DNA from: Helicobacteraceae bacterium
GTDB lineage: Bacteria; Campylobacterota; Campylobacteria; Campylobacterales; Sulfurimonadaceae
Length of the DNA stretch: 55,952 bases
Direction: 5' to 3'
Assembly (NCBI GenBank): GCA_027859195.1
Contig: JAQIBF010000171.1
Coordinates: 1 to 55,952, forward strand
A program made the translations under genes and the position numbers. The first letter of the stretch is position 1; each line of letters begins with the position of its first letter. Positions 1 through 10,600 of the stretch are shown piece after piece. The notes under the pieces were generated by a model. The model saw only the letters and a program-made list of their open reading frames with translations. It was not told the origin of the DNA and did no database searches.

Positions 1-306
1 CCTCTCCTGGTATAGCAAATCCAAAGACTTTTACGGCATTTTGCATCCATTTGGTGTCAGTGACTACGGCTATTTTCTCCCAAGCTGTCCAGTGCGAGAG
101 ACCAACTTTTGTATCATCCCACATAGCCTCTAAGTCATACCCGTCAAAATCAGGACCAAGATGGTATAGAAGTCGAACTTTAGGGAATGATTTGAGTTTA
201 GCTTCTACAGCTGGAATCAATACATCTTCGTAGTCTTTGCCAGTAAGCCTTCCGCTCGCCTAAATCCCAATACATTATCTGGGAGATTAGATATTATCTT
301 TAACAT
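1..306 (-). pseudogene. SpoIIAA-like (STAS/SEC14) protein, frameshifted near 260-262, runs off the window start
   Basis: ATG at 306 with GGAGG RBS gives MLKIISNLPDNVLGF. After a one-base shift the frame reads ASGRLTGKDYEDVLIPAVEAKLKSFPKVRLLYHLGPDFDGYDLEAMWDDTKVGLSHWTAWEKIAVVTD, typical of the SpoIIAA-like family. Confidence 0.7.
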
Positions 307-349
307 TTTGTTATCCTCCGAACAAATAAGAGCTGACCCAACAATATTA

Positions 350-373
350 GGTGTTTCAAGTATAGCCGATGTT
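350..373. repeat. 24-bp imperfect direct repeat, copy 1 (partner 2767-2790)
   Basis: ggtgtttcaagtatagccgatgtt vs ggtgtttcaagtatggcagaagtt, 21/24 identical. Confidence 0.6.
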
Positions 374-685
374 AGTTACACGTTTGACACGAAAATGCAT
401 ACTATAGCCCTCAGAAACGAACAAGCTTCTCCTAAAAAAAAACAAGAAAGCAGAGATCGAATCCAAGGTAACAGACGAACAAAAGCGCATCGAAACCATG
501 CGTCCAGTAGGCGGCTACAACGACTGGGTTATCTGGCTCGCTGTTTTAATGCATGCATTTCTTTCGATCTCGGTCTTCTACATGTTATTCGCCATGATGT
601 GCTGACTCAGCAATAATCTATAAAAAAGAGGTTATCGTTATTGCAGACCCTTATTTTTGACACGCCCCACGAAAAGAGATTCAAT

Positions 686-2599
686 ATGACAAATAAAAAC
701 CGTACCACGATCACGCCACTCAAAGACGGGCCACTCCGAATAGAAGGCCTCAATACGTTCGAGGGTGACTACGGCCAAATCGAGACCACACAAGAGATGG
801 CGCTTTGTCGCTGTGGCCAGTCAAAGAACAAACCGTTCTGCGATGGTACACACGCAGCTTGCGGTTTCACGGACGAACGCGGTGAGAACGAGGATGACGA
901 ACGTCTGGTTTTTTCCGGTGACCCCATCACAATCTACGAGAACGTTGCGATCTGTTCGCATGCGGGCTACTGTCCAAGAGGAAAGCCGGACAAGTGGCGA
1001 CCAAAGACGAAGAACAGCGGATTCACCGACGAAGAGCTGATCGAGAAGATTTTGAAATGTCCTTCCGGGACACTCAGCTATGCCAGGGGGACAACTGAGC
1101 ATCGAGACCCGAAAGCGGGTCGTCCCCAGAAGATACGGATAAGGAAGGATGGCCCCCTTGAAATTGAGGGAGGAATTGAATTGCGAAACAGTGAGTGGGG
1201 TGAAGGTGCGTCACGCGAGCACTACGCGCTTTGCCGGTGCGGTGCCTCAAAGATGAAACCTTTTTGCGACGGAACCCATGACGAGGTTTGGAAGCACGGC
1301 GAAGGGGATTACAAACCAAAGACCGAGGCTCAGTCGGCCAAATCGACGCCACTGGAGCCACACGTGGCTGTCATTCACAACTTGGCGCGGATAGGAATCC
1401 CAGGAGAGGATGGAGTCGGGGCTGAAGGGCCGATAGGCGCAATGGGACCGCCGCGGACGGAGCTGCCGACCTGGGATCATATTCAGATCATGACCGCGCA
1501 GCTCAATCCTGCACCGCTGGCGCAGGACGCAGAGGTCGGCACGGAGCTCATAATTGGTCCGAAGGCCCGAAAGCCTCTTCGCCTGAGCATGCCGATCTTT
1601 GTGTCCGACATGAGTTTCGGAGCGCTTTCGCAGGAGACGAAGGTCGCTCTCTCTAAAGGGGCCGAGTTGGCCCAAACCGGTATCTGTTCCGGAGAAGGCG
1701 GTATGCTGCCTGAGGAGCAAGCGGCCAACAGTCGCTATCTCTATGAGCTTGGCTCCGGGAAGCATGGCTTTCACGAGGAGCAGCTCCGCAAGGTGCAGTC
1801 TTTTCACTTCAAAAGCGGACAAGCTGCGAAGACAGGAACCGGTGGACATCTGCCCGCCAGCAAGGTGACGGAAAAGATCGCCAAAATCCGTGGGATTGAG
1901 CCGTGGACAGCCTCCAAGTCGCCGCCGACGTTTACAGATATGTCGAGTGTCGCCGACTTCCGGAACTTCGCGAATCGGGTGCGTGAGATCAGTGGAGGAA
2001 TCCCAATCGGGTTCAAGATCTCTGCCAACCGGCTGGAACAGACCATCGACTTTGCGTTGGAGGCTTCGGCTGACTACATCATCCTCGACGGTCGGGGCGG
2101 CGGCACCGGCGCGGCACCTCTGCTTTTCCGGGACAATATATCGGTGCCGACAATCCCCGCGCTGGCTCGGGCGAGGCACCATCTGGATCGCTGCGGGGGA
2201 AGTGGCGATGTTACACTGATCATCACAGGAGGATTGCGGACACCCGCTGACTTCGTGAAAGCGTTAGCTCTGGGTGCGGATGGGATTGCGTTGGCGAATG
2301 CTTCAATTCAGGCGGTCGGCTGTATCGGAGCCCGGATCTGTCATACAAACATGTGTCCGGCCGGAATTGCCACCCAGAATCCCGAACTGAGAAAACTTGT
2401 CGACGTCGATGCGGCAGCGCAGAGAGTTGCCCGATTCTTTGATTCCGCCAACTAGCTGATGCAGGTGATGGCGCGAGGGTGTGGCCATAACCACCTCAAT
2501 CAGTTCTCAAAACAAGACCTCGAAACCTGGCACTCGGAAATGGCCAAACTCACCGGCATCGAGTTTTCCGGGCTGCTCGAGGATCGACCGATTTGGTAA
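686..2599 (+). CDS. CDGSH Fe-S / divergent 4Fe-4S / CDGSH fused FMN-binding glutamate synthase family protein, interrupted by in-frame TAG at 2453-2455
   Basis: Two CxCGxSxxKPFCDGTH motifs and CSHAGYC...CPSG. The Glu_synthase domain has SDMSFGALS, GEGG, KSGQAAKTGTGGHLP, DGRGGGTGAAP and CxxxRxCHTNxCP. The frame continues past the TAG as LMQVMARGCGHNHLNQFSKQDLETWHSEMAKLTGIEFSG to TAA 2597-2599. Confidence 0.85.
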
Positions 2600-2766
2600 A
2601 GAGTTCTAAGTCCGGGTTGGGTAAGCTTTATTATATTGATAATTTTTTCCATAGTAAACCTCTCTCTTGGCTCATTAACAGGGAGAGAAAATAGAGATAC
2701 CAAGTAGAAAATTTCATTTTCTCGCTGGATGTGACTCTTTGGTTTTATAACATCTATAGTTGTCTT

Positions 2767-2790
2767 GGTGTTTCAAGTATGGCAGAAGTT
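2767..2790. repeat. 24-bp imperfect direct repeat, copy 2 (partner 350-373)
   Basis: 21/24 identity to 350-373. Confidence 0.6.
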
Positions 2791-2849
2791 TATTTGAATA
2801 TCTAAAATCTAATACTCTCAATGAAAGATTAACCGAGCAAGGAAAATAA

Positions 2850-4667
2850 ATGCAACATCAACATCTCACGGAGATTATGGCATCAATACTTATCGTTGGT
2901 ATTGCTTTGCAATGGATAGGCTGGCGTTTCAAAATACCGGCATTAATACTCTTGATAATCGCAGGGTTTATTATGGGACCCCTAACCGGATGGATTAATC
3001 CAAAAGAAGATTTTGGAGATATGCTACATCCTATCGTTTCGCTCAGTGTTGCAATAATTTTATTTGAAGGCGGGTTAAATTTAAAATGGCATGAATTTAA
3101 ACAAAATGCACAAGTCATAAACCGCTTAATAACTTGGAATGTTGCAGCCACCTTTTCACTTGGAGCAATAGGTTCATACTACTTAGTAGGTCTCTCTATG
3201 CCTGTAGCATTAATATTTGGCGCTATTATCATCGTAACCGGGCCTACAGTAATTGTACCGCTATTAAAGCAAGCCAACTTAAATAGACGACCGGCAGCTC
3301 TATTACGGTGGGAAGGGATTATAAATGATCCTGTTGGTGCTTTACTTGTGGTATTGATCTATGGCTATTATATGCTATCGCAAAGCGAGACTTTGGTCAT
3401 TAACATAGTTATGGGACTGGGATTAAGTCTTGTCGTATCCTTGATGCTTGGTGTCGGTGTTGGTTTTATTGTTGCAGAAGCTTTTAAAAAGGGAAAAGTT
3501 CCTGAACATTTAAAATCACCTATCATTTTAATCACTGTTTTTCTTGTTTATTCCTTGGCAAACCTTGTGCAGACTGAAGCTGGACTTATGGCGACGACTA
3601 TATTGGGAATAACGCTTGCCAACCAAAAATTAAACTCATTAGGTGAATTAAGACGCTTTAAAGAGTATGTGACAATACTCCTGGTTTCATCTATATTTAT
3701 AATATTGACAGCAGAGATAGAACCGGAAATATTACAACGATTAGGTTGGCAAAGTTGGTTACTTCTGTTTTTAATAATCTTTGTGTTTAGACCATTGACT
3801 ATTTATTTATCTACAATCAGAACCGATATTGACTGGCATGAGCGACTATTGATAGCCTGGATTGCTCCAAGAGGTATTGTCGCAGCAGCCGTTGCGGGTT
3901 TGTTTAGTCCTCAACTTATAGAAAAGGGCTATGCCGGTGCTGAGTTATTACTTCCGTTAGTTTTTACATTAATTATTCTCACTGTTATTTTGCATGGCTT
4001 AAGTATTGGCTGGTTGGCAAAAAAACTAGGTTTGGCATCCAGTCATCCCGATGGACTGATGCTAATCGGTGCATCAGCTTGGAGTATTGCACTAGCGAGT
4101 GAATTACAAAAGAATGAAATTCCAGGATTGGTAGTCGATAAAATATGGGAAAAATTAAAACCAGCCAGAATGCAAAATATCCCTACTTTTTACGGAGAAA
4201 TTTTAGCAGAGAGAACCGAAGAGGTCTTAGAAATTTCACACATTACCAAACTCCTCGCTTTAACACCAAATAAATCCTACAATACGTTAGTATGCTCACA
4301 CTTTGCCCCAGAACTTGGCCATAATAATGTTTATGAAATAGGTTGGAAGCAAGTAAATGAAAATGAAAATAAATTACCAAGTGAAGCAGTGAGAGGAGAT
4401 TCTCTTTTTGGCTCAGAACTGTTTTATAGTGATTTTATCAGTCATTTTAATGAAGGGTGGAAATTTCAGACAACGTTGTTGTCTGAAGAGTTTACTTACG
4501 AAGATGCTATACGAAAAAATGCAGAAGATTCTTTGGTTATTGCCGTTATAACAAAGAGTGAGCATATATTTCTTTATCCTTTTGAAGAGGATGAACTAGA
4601 TAAAGCGTTAAAAAATCTTATCTTGTTCGTGCCTCCAGAAAATATAATTCCTAAAGCTGTATCATAA
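2850..4667 (+). CDS. CPA1/NhaP-type cation:proton antiporter with C-terminal TrkA-N-like domain
   Basis: Many TM helices; ILFEGG, TGPTVI, WEGIINDPVG, WIAPRGIVAAA motifs; AAGGA RBS. Confidence 0.9.
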   Translation: MQHQHLTEIMASILIVGIALQWIGWRFKIPALILLIIAGFIMGPLTGWINPKEDFGDMLHPIVSLSVAIILFEGGLNLKWHEFKQNAQVINRLITWNVAATFSLGAIGSYYLVGLSMPVALIFGAIIIVTGPTVIVPLLKQANLNRRPAALLRWEGIINDPVGALLVVLIYGYYMLSQSETLVINIVMGLGLSLVVSLMLGVGVGFIVAEAFKKGKVPEHLKSPIILITVFLVYSLANLVQTEAGLMATTILGITLANQKLNSLGELRRFKEYVTILLVSSIFIILTAEIEPEILQRLGWQSWLLLFLIIFVFRPLTIYLSTIRTDIDWHERLLIAWIAPRGIVAAAVAGLFSPQLIEKGYAGAELLLPLVFTLIILTVILHGLSIGWLAKKLGLASSHPDGLMLIGASAWSIALASELQKNEIPGLVVDKIWEKLKPARMQNIPTFYGEILAERTEEVLEISHITKLLALTPNKSYNTLVCSHFAPELGHNNVYEIGWKQVNENENKLPSEAVRGDSLFGSELFYSDFISHFNEGWKFQTTLLSEEFTYEDAIRKNAEDSLVIAVITKSEHIFLYPFEEDELDKALKNLILFVPPENIIPKAVS

Positions 4668-4881
4668 AAATGCCAGCCAATGGCATTTTACACATGTCAA
4701 TCTAAAGCGTCAACACGCCTTTCCTCAAAGTGATGGCTAACTGAAAGATTGTCAAACTCCAGGCTCTTATAGGCATAGTCCACTTTTTATGAGCATTTTT
4801 CACCCTCAAACACCCCTTCTTCATTTGAGAGTATTATCCTGGTGTTTCTTTAAAACACAAAATATAAGGTTACAATACTGC

Positions 4882-5343
4882 ATGAAATATTTCACATTTG
4901 TTGACAAAGATTCCTTTATATATTCACGCTCAAAGATTTGGGACACCGTCTTAAATGTGACGGCTTGGCCCGAGTTATGGAAGCATGTCACCAGTGTGCA
5001 GATACATACCCAAGGAGAGATCAGTCAACATTCTAAGATCGACTGTTATTTCACTCTTTTTTATATCTTGCACCTGCATTTTTATATTAAGATCTCAAGA
5101 TTACAAAAACCGTCTTATGCCTCCTTTGAAGTTGGAGGTGACTTTTCAGGACAGGGAAGATGGATACTGCGTGAAAATGGAAATGAAACCTCATCAACAC
5201 TTCACCTGCATCTGCGTACACACCATTTTCTGCTTATGTTTGTTTCCTCCCTTCCCTACGGAAAACGTCTTATACAGTACAGCCATAAGCGTGTCATGCT
5301 TGAAGGAAAAAAGATGATCATTAAAAGGCTTTCAGGTGCATAA
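4882..5343 (+). CDS. SRPBCC/polyketide cyclase-like protein
   Basis: IWDTVLNVTAWPELWKHVTSV and GDFSGQGRW patterns; ATG at 4882. Confidence 0.6.
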   Translation: MKYFTFVDKDSFIYSRSKIWDTVLNVTAWPELWKHVTSVQIHTQGEISQHSKIDCYFTLFYILHLHFYIKISRLQKPSYASFEVGGDFSGQGRWILRENGNETSSTLHLHLRTHHFLLMFVSSLPYGKRLIQYSHKRVMLEGKKMIIKRLSGA

Positions 5344-5896
5344 GTTACTTTTGTTGCTTCTTCCTGTACTACTTTTTTCTTGGCAGGAGTACAAAGAGAT
5401 AGACGGAATCAAGATCTATAAGAAGTATGATAAAAAGTTCGAGTTTGTCCAGTTTAAAGCCCAGACACAGATGCCTTACTCTTCTGAAGTCATCTCTAAT
5501 ATCATTATGAACCCACAGACCTATCCTTCTTGGTTGGCAGATTGTATACAAGCAGACAGCATAGATAAACAAGTCTATCTTCTAATGCAGCCGCCATGGC
5601 CACTTGACCAACGTCAGGTCTGGGCAGAAATACAAAAAACAGAGTATGCAGACAGGCAGGTCATCACCCTGCGTTCTATCAAGAAGTATGAAAGTAAAAA
5701 CAGAGGGGTTTGGTTCAATAATCTTTATGCTGAATTTGTACTGGAAGAGACACAAGATCTTCAAACTCGGGTCACACTCACTCTGCTTGGAGACCCGGGA
5801 GGTTATCCCCCAAGCTGGCTGGTCAACCTAATGGCTTGGCAAATCCCCTATAAAAGTCTTAAGGGCTTGAATACCTATATACGTAACGGTCAATAA
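5336..5896 (+). CDS. START-domain lipid-binding protein with signal peptide
   Basis: W..DGIKIY, YPSWLADC, PWPLDQR, DPGGYPPSWLVN motifs; overlaps the upstream stop. Confidence 0.75.
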   Translation: MHKLLLLLLPVLLFSWQEYKEIDGIKIYKKYDKKFEFVQFKAQTQMPYSSEVISNIIMNPQTYPSWLADCIQADSIDKQVYLLMQPPWPLDQRQVWAEIQKTEYADRQVITLRSIKKYESKNRGVWFNNLYAEFVLEETQDLQTRVTLTLLGDPGGYPPSWLVNLMAWQIPYKSLKGLNTYIRNGQ

Positions 5897-5927
5897 ACCT
5901 AAATTTCTCAATCTGTATTGTTTCATA

Positions 5928-7403
5928 CTACTCCGCATATGAGATCGATTCTTTGTTCACTTTCTTGAAAATTAAACTTCTATTCATCTCTTCTGGTGAA
6001 TTACAGCCCGATGCTGCCAATAATTCCCAAAAATCTTCCAAGATGTTTTTGTGGTAATTTTGGACTCTTTTCCATTTTTCAGATACCACTAAACCTCTAA
6101 TAAGTTTTGGGTTATTTGTGGCTACTCCGGTCGGGCATTCATTGGTATTGCACTTCAGGGATTGAATGCACCCCAAGGCAAGCATCATGCCTCGAGCGGA
6201 GTTGCAAACATCCGCCCCAATACAAAGGGCTTTAAAAATATCAAAAGCTGTAAAGATCTTGGTGGCAGTTATAACTTTAATCTCTTTTTTGAGGTTATAT
6301 TGGTTGAGTGTGTCCACAACAAATATCAGCGCTTCTTCCCAAGGCATACCAACATAGTTTGAAAAATCTATGGGAGCGGCACCCGTACCCCCTTCGGCAC
6401 CATCTACGGTTATGAAATCCGGTTTTATATTGGTTGTCACCATCATCTCGCATATATCAATGAACTCTTGTTTGCTGCCTATCGCCAGTTTGAATCCGAC
6501 AGGCTTAAAACCAGACAGTTCTCTCAACTCTCCAACATATTCCAAAAGTCCCTTGGCATCTTTAAAAGTCGAGTGCCCTGGAGGAGAGAGTATATCGGTA
6601 TGGGGTGACACTCCCCTTATTTCAGCTATCTCCTCGTCATTCTTAGCTGCGGGAAGTACACCGCCGTGTCCAGGTTTGGCGCCTTGTGAAATTTTTATTT
6701 CAATCATTTTCACTTGCTCCAAATTCGCTTTTTCTTTGAATTTTTCTGCATCAAAATTGCCATCAGCTCTCCGGCATCCGAAATAGCCTGTACCGATCTC
6801 CCACACTAGATCTCCGCCTTGCAGGTGGTACTCCGAAATGCCCCCTTCCCCCGTATCGTGAAAAAAGTTACCTGCTTTTGCACCGAGGTTCAGCGCTGTA
6901 ATTGCATTTTTACTCAAAGCACCATAACTCATGGCTGAAATATTGAAAAGACTCGCACTGTAAGGTTGTCGGCAATCTTTTCCGCCAATAACAACTCTTG
7001 GCGGTGTTTCCATTTTTTGGGCAGGATAGATGCTGTGTTGCATCCATTTATAATTATCATCATCTATATTGAGCTCTGTACCAAAGGGGTGTGTTTCGCT
7101 CTGTTCTTTGGCTCGTTCGTATATGTAATTGCGATGATTTCTATTAATGGGTTTGCCATCGGTATCTGATTCCACAAAATATTGATGAAGCTCCGGGCCA
7201 TTCATTACCAATAAATAGCGCATATGCCCAATAAAAGGAAAGTTCCTAAGAATCGTATGTTTTTACTGAAATAAGTCATAAAATCCAATTAATGTGAGCA
7301 AGGTTGCAAGAGCGGTAATACCAGGCAAAGGCCATATAAACACGCCTGTAAGTATGGCAAAAGTCAGTAGTGCCATTATTGTAAATCTAATAGCTTTCTT
7401 CAT
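5928..7403 (-). pseudogene. Membrane-anchored FMN-binding glutamate synthase family protein with in-frame TAA at codon 47 (7263-7265)
   Basis: ATG 7403 gives MKKAIRFTIMALL...IGFYDLFQ*KHTILRNFPFIGHMRYLL, in frame with the 5928-7223 ORF (ISAMSYGALS, TGEGG, KISQGAKPGHGG, DGAEGGTGAAP, CIQSLKCNTNECP). Confidence 0.8.
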
Positions 7404-7409
7404 TGTGTA

Positions 7410-9149
7410 TTACAATAACTCTCGTAAGTATTTCAGATCACTCTTGGTTGTATCTACGATGTCTGCAAATTTTCCATTTAGCATTAATTTTGCCATGGAT
7501 TGCGCATAGCCTTTCATTTGGTCAAACGTTATGGAAGGCGGCATTGCCAGAGCATTAGGGTCTGTGAAAATATTGATGATCGCAGGGCCCTTATGTTTAA
7601 ATCCATTGATAAGCGCTTGTTCCACATCTTTGGATTCTTTGGCTTCCCATGCTGCAATGTTCATGGATTCCGCCAGTTTTACAAAGTCAGGATTTACCAT
7701 GTCGGTTTGCCAATTCACATAGCCTTGAACCCGCATTTCAAGTTTTACCATGCCCAGAGTCCGATTATTAAAAATGATGATCTTGACAGGGATCTGATAT
7801 TGGCTGATCGTCATCAAATCGCCCAAAAGCATGGAAATACCGCCGTCACCGCAAAAAGCAATTGTTTGTCGATGAGGATGTGACAGGCCAGCTCCAATGG
7901 CCATTGGCATCGCATTCGCCATCGACCCATGGTTGAACGACCCGGTCAGGTAGCGGTTCTTGCCTGCTTTCAGGTAGCGTGCAGCCCATACGGCACTCAT
8001 CCCTGTATCAACCGTAAATATTGCATCGTCATCTGCCAATTTATTCACCAAATAGGCAACATATTCGGGGTGGATGTTTTTTTCGGATCCCTTTTCTTCT
8101 ACATAACTGTCATATATAGTTTCAATTTCTTGATGCAGGGAACGCATTTTGTCAAGGTAATCAGTAGAAGTTTTTGCTTCAACCAGTGGCATCAGCTCTT
8201 GCAGCGTTGGTTTTATATCGCCACAGTAACCGTAGTCAACTTTAGCTTTACGCCCTAATTTTTCAGGCTTCGTGTCAATTTGAATTATTGTACATTTTTC
8301 GGGAAGGAACTCACTGTAAGGAAAATCTGTACCCAACATCAAAAGGAGATCGGCTTCGTGCATGGCTTCAAAACCTGCTTTGCTGCCCAAAAGTCCATTT
8401 AATCCAACGGCATAGGGATTTTCTTTACGTTCAAAAAATATTTTTCCTCTAAAACTATAACCCAAAGGCGACTTAAGCATTTGTGCCAGCTGCATGACTT
8501 CATCGACTGCATAACGACACCCATGTCCGCAAAACAGCATCACTTTTTCATGGGAGTTGATGATATCTGCAAGTTCAAGCAGATCTTTATGATCTGGAAT
8601 TATTGTTGGTTGTGTATAGAAGTTTTTATTGGAAGAGTGCACAGACTCCATTTCGGCTGCAGCCACATCGCCCGGAAGCCCAAGAACAGCAACCCCCTTC
8701 TGGCTTATGGCATGCTGAATTGCAGTTTGTATGCCATTGATGGCTTGTTTAGGTGTATTGGCTTGAAAGACATATTTCGAACAATCCTGAAATAAAGATT
8801 CGGGTCTTGTCTCTTGAAAGTTGTCCAGACCCATTTTTTCGGTATGAATGGTTGAGGCAATAGCAATCACAGGGTTTTCAGATTTGTTGGCATCATATAG
8901 CCCATTGACCAAATGCACATGCCCGGGTCCGCTACTTCCCATGCAGCAGCCGATGCCGTTGAGCTCAGCTTCCATGGAAGCCGCATAGGCTCCGGCTTCT
9001 TCATGTCTGACATGTATCCATTGGAGTCTGCCATCTCTTCGTACAGCGTCATTTACCGGATTAAGACTGTCACCTGTTACCCCATAAACTCTCTTTACAC
9101 CTGCTTCTACAAGCATTTCTACTAAATGGTCCGATATATTTTTTGACAT
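7410..9149 (-). CDS. poxB: TPP-dependent pyruvate oxidase / ubiquinone-dependent pyruvate dehydrogenase
   Basis: GVTGDSLN, HVRHEEAGAYAA, GSSGPGHVHL, SFNHGSMANA, GDGG TPP motif, LGMVKLEM. Confidence 0.88.
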   Translation of the reverse strand: MSKNISDHLVEMLVEAGVKRVYGVTGDSLNPVNDAVRRDGRLQWIHVRHEEAGAYAASMEAELNGIGCCMGSSGPGHVHLVNGLYDANKSENPVIAIASTIHTEKMGLDNFQETRPESLFQDCSKYVFQANTPKQAINGIQTAIQHAISQKGVAVLGLPGDVAAAEMESVHSSNKNFYTQPTIIPDHKDLLELADIINSHEKVMLFCGHGCRYAVDEVMQLAQMLKSPLGYSFRGKIFFERKENPYAVGLNGLLGSKAGFEAMHEADLLLMLGTDFPYSEFLPEKCTIIQIDTKPEKLGRKAKVDYGYCGDIKPTLQELMPLVEAKTSTDYLDKMRSLHQEIETIYDSYVEEKGSEKNIHPEYVAYLVNKLADDDAIFTVDTGMSAVWAARYLKAGKNRYLTGSFNHGSMANAMPMAIGAGLSHPHRQTIAFCGDGGISMLLGDLMTISQYQIPVKIIIFNNRTLGMVKLEMRVQGYVNWQTDMVNPDFVKLAESMNIAAWEAKESKDVEQALINGFKHKGPAIINIFTDPNALAMPPSITFDQMKGYAQSMAKLMLNGKFADIVDTTKSDLKYLRELL

Positions 9150-9279
9150 AGATCACTCCTATTTAAATAAAGAGCACCTCTAAAGATGCTTTGTAAAAAT
9201 TGGCTACAACGCTGCAGTTTCTTAGTATCACTATTTCATTGTATAGCGTATATGCTAATCAACAAAGAATGGACACATG

Positions 9280-9388
9280 AATTACGAAGTCAAGAGGTCA
9301 GGTTAGTACTATTTGGATATTCACAAAATGCTGTTGATAAAGTGTTGGGTTTGACGAAAGTAACAATTAGTCATATTTTACGAAAAGA
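9280..9388 (+). pseudogene. Possible remnant of the C-terminal HTH of a RAYT/Y1-type transposase
   Basis: Translates RSQEVRLVLFGYSQNAVDKVLGLTKVTISHILRK, resembling the GYSQ..IA..LG.....IS HTH tail of Campylobacterota Y1 transposases (recalled family pattern). Confidence 0.35.
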
Positions 9389-9469
9389 TAACGCCCACCT
9401 CAGCCGTGGATAATAGGATTTTGTGAGATGACACCGCATTTGCATATAGTTGTATCTGATATTAGGAAT

Positions 9470-10600
9470 TTAAGCGTAAAAAGAGACTCTGTTACGCCCG
9501 TTATCTTTGGATTGGTACATCGCTGCATCTGCGCGTTTTAAGATCACTTCAGAGGTAAAATCATGATTAATGAACATCGAGACACCGATACTTGCTGTAC
9601 AAAAATGCTCTATTATAATCTCTTTACCCTCATTGTTCTCATGTATCAATACAAAAGGTTCTTCCAGTGAGGCACGGATCTTTTCGGCGACGACACCGGC
9701 TTGTACCTGGGAAGATCCATGGTCAGAATTAAGCTCCGTGAGCATGACAACAAATTCATCACCGCCAAAACGGGAAACAGTATCCATTTCGCGTACACAG
9801 CGGGTGAGACGTCGTCCCACTTCAATAAGGAGCAGATCGCCCACACCATGTCCATGTGTATCATTGAGCGGTTTAAAATTATCTAGATCCATATACATGA
9901 CCGTACCGTAGTTTCCACTTCGTTTACTGACTATCATAGCATGTTCTAAACGTTCATTAAACAAGCGGCGGTTTGGCAGTCGTGTCAACGCATCATAAAA
10001 AGCTAGCATACGTATCTGTTCTTCAGATATTTTACGTTCGGTGATATCTTCCATGATGCCCATCACATTTTCTATGGGTCCATCACTCTCTTGTATCGGG
10101 ATTAAATAGGACTTGAATATCCGGTCCGACCTAACACATTTATACTCAAAATTGCTACCGGCACCGGCAAATGCGTTGTTAAGCAACTCCTCTATCGTTT
10201 CCAGGTCGTTTTCGCCGATCGTATCCAGGTATGATAAACCTTTTAGATCCGACTCATCTTTAAATCCTTGCAGGAGAAGTCCCGCCTGATTAATAGAAAC
10301 AATTTTACCTTTATGGTCTATTTCATAAATGCCCATAGGGGTGTTTTCGATGAGCAAACGACTGCGATTTTCACTTTCACGCAAAGCACGGGTCATCTTC
10401 TCGTTTTGCAGTAAAGATGCGTTCAGCTCCTTGGTACGGCGGTGCACTTCATCTTCAAGGGTGATTGCAGTCTGAAACAGGTTGAAGTCCGACCCTTGAA
10501 AAGTAGCACTGCGTTCAGCACGGTTCATCAATGCCTGAACCATCTTGTTTAGCCGTACGATCTCATTTTGCAACGTTTGCACATCGGGACTAGACGCCAT
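9470..10600 (-). CDS. Coiled-coil/PAS/GGDEF diguanylate cyclase (NosP-associated)
   Basis: D.LT.LPNRR, DLDNFK and SRFGGDEF motifs; PAS domain; N-terminal coiled coil; GAGG RBS; overlaps the nosP stop. Confidence 0.9.
   Translation of the reverse strand: MASSPDVQTLQNEIVRLNKMVQALMNRAERSATFQGSDFNLFQTAITLEDEVHRRTKELNASLLQNEKMTRALRESENRSRLLIENTPMGIYEIDHKGKIVSINQAGLLLQGFKDESDLKGLSYLDTIGENDLETIEELLNNAFAGAGSNFEYKCVRSDRIFKSYLIPIQESDGPIENVMGIMEDITERKISEEQIRMLAFYDALTRLPNRRLFNERLEHAMIVSKRSGNYGTVMYMDLDNFKPLNDTHGHGVGDLLLIEVGRRLTRCVREMDTVSRFGGDEFVVMLTELNSDHGSSQVQAGVVAEKIRASLEEPFVLIHENNEGKEIIIEHFCTASIGVSMFINHDFTSEVILKRADAAMYQSKDNGRNRVSFYA

Noticed and set aside
1247-2182. 311-aa antisense ORF and other shadow ORFs in the track
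   Set aside because: They lie opposite well-supported genes, as expected in GC-rich or biased coding DNA, and show no motifs.
9387-9430. gataacgcccacctcagccg... as an integron attC site
   Set aside because: No complementary GTTRRRY arm or attC fold found, and no integrase in the window.
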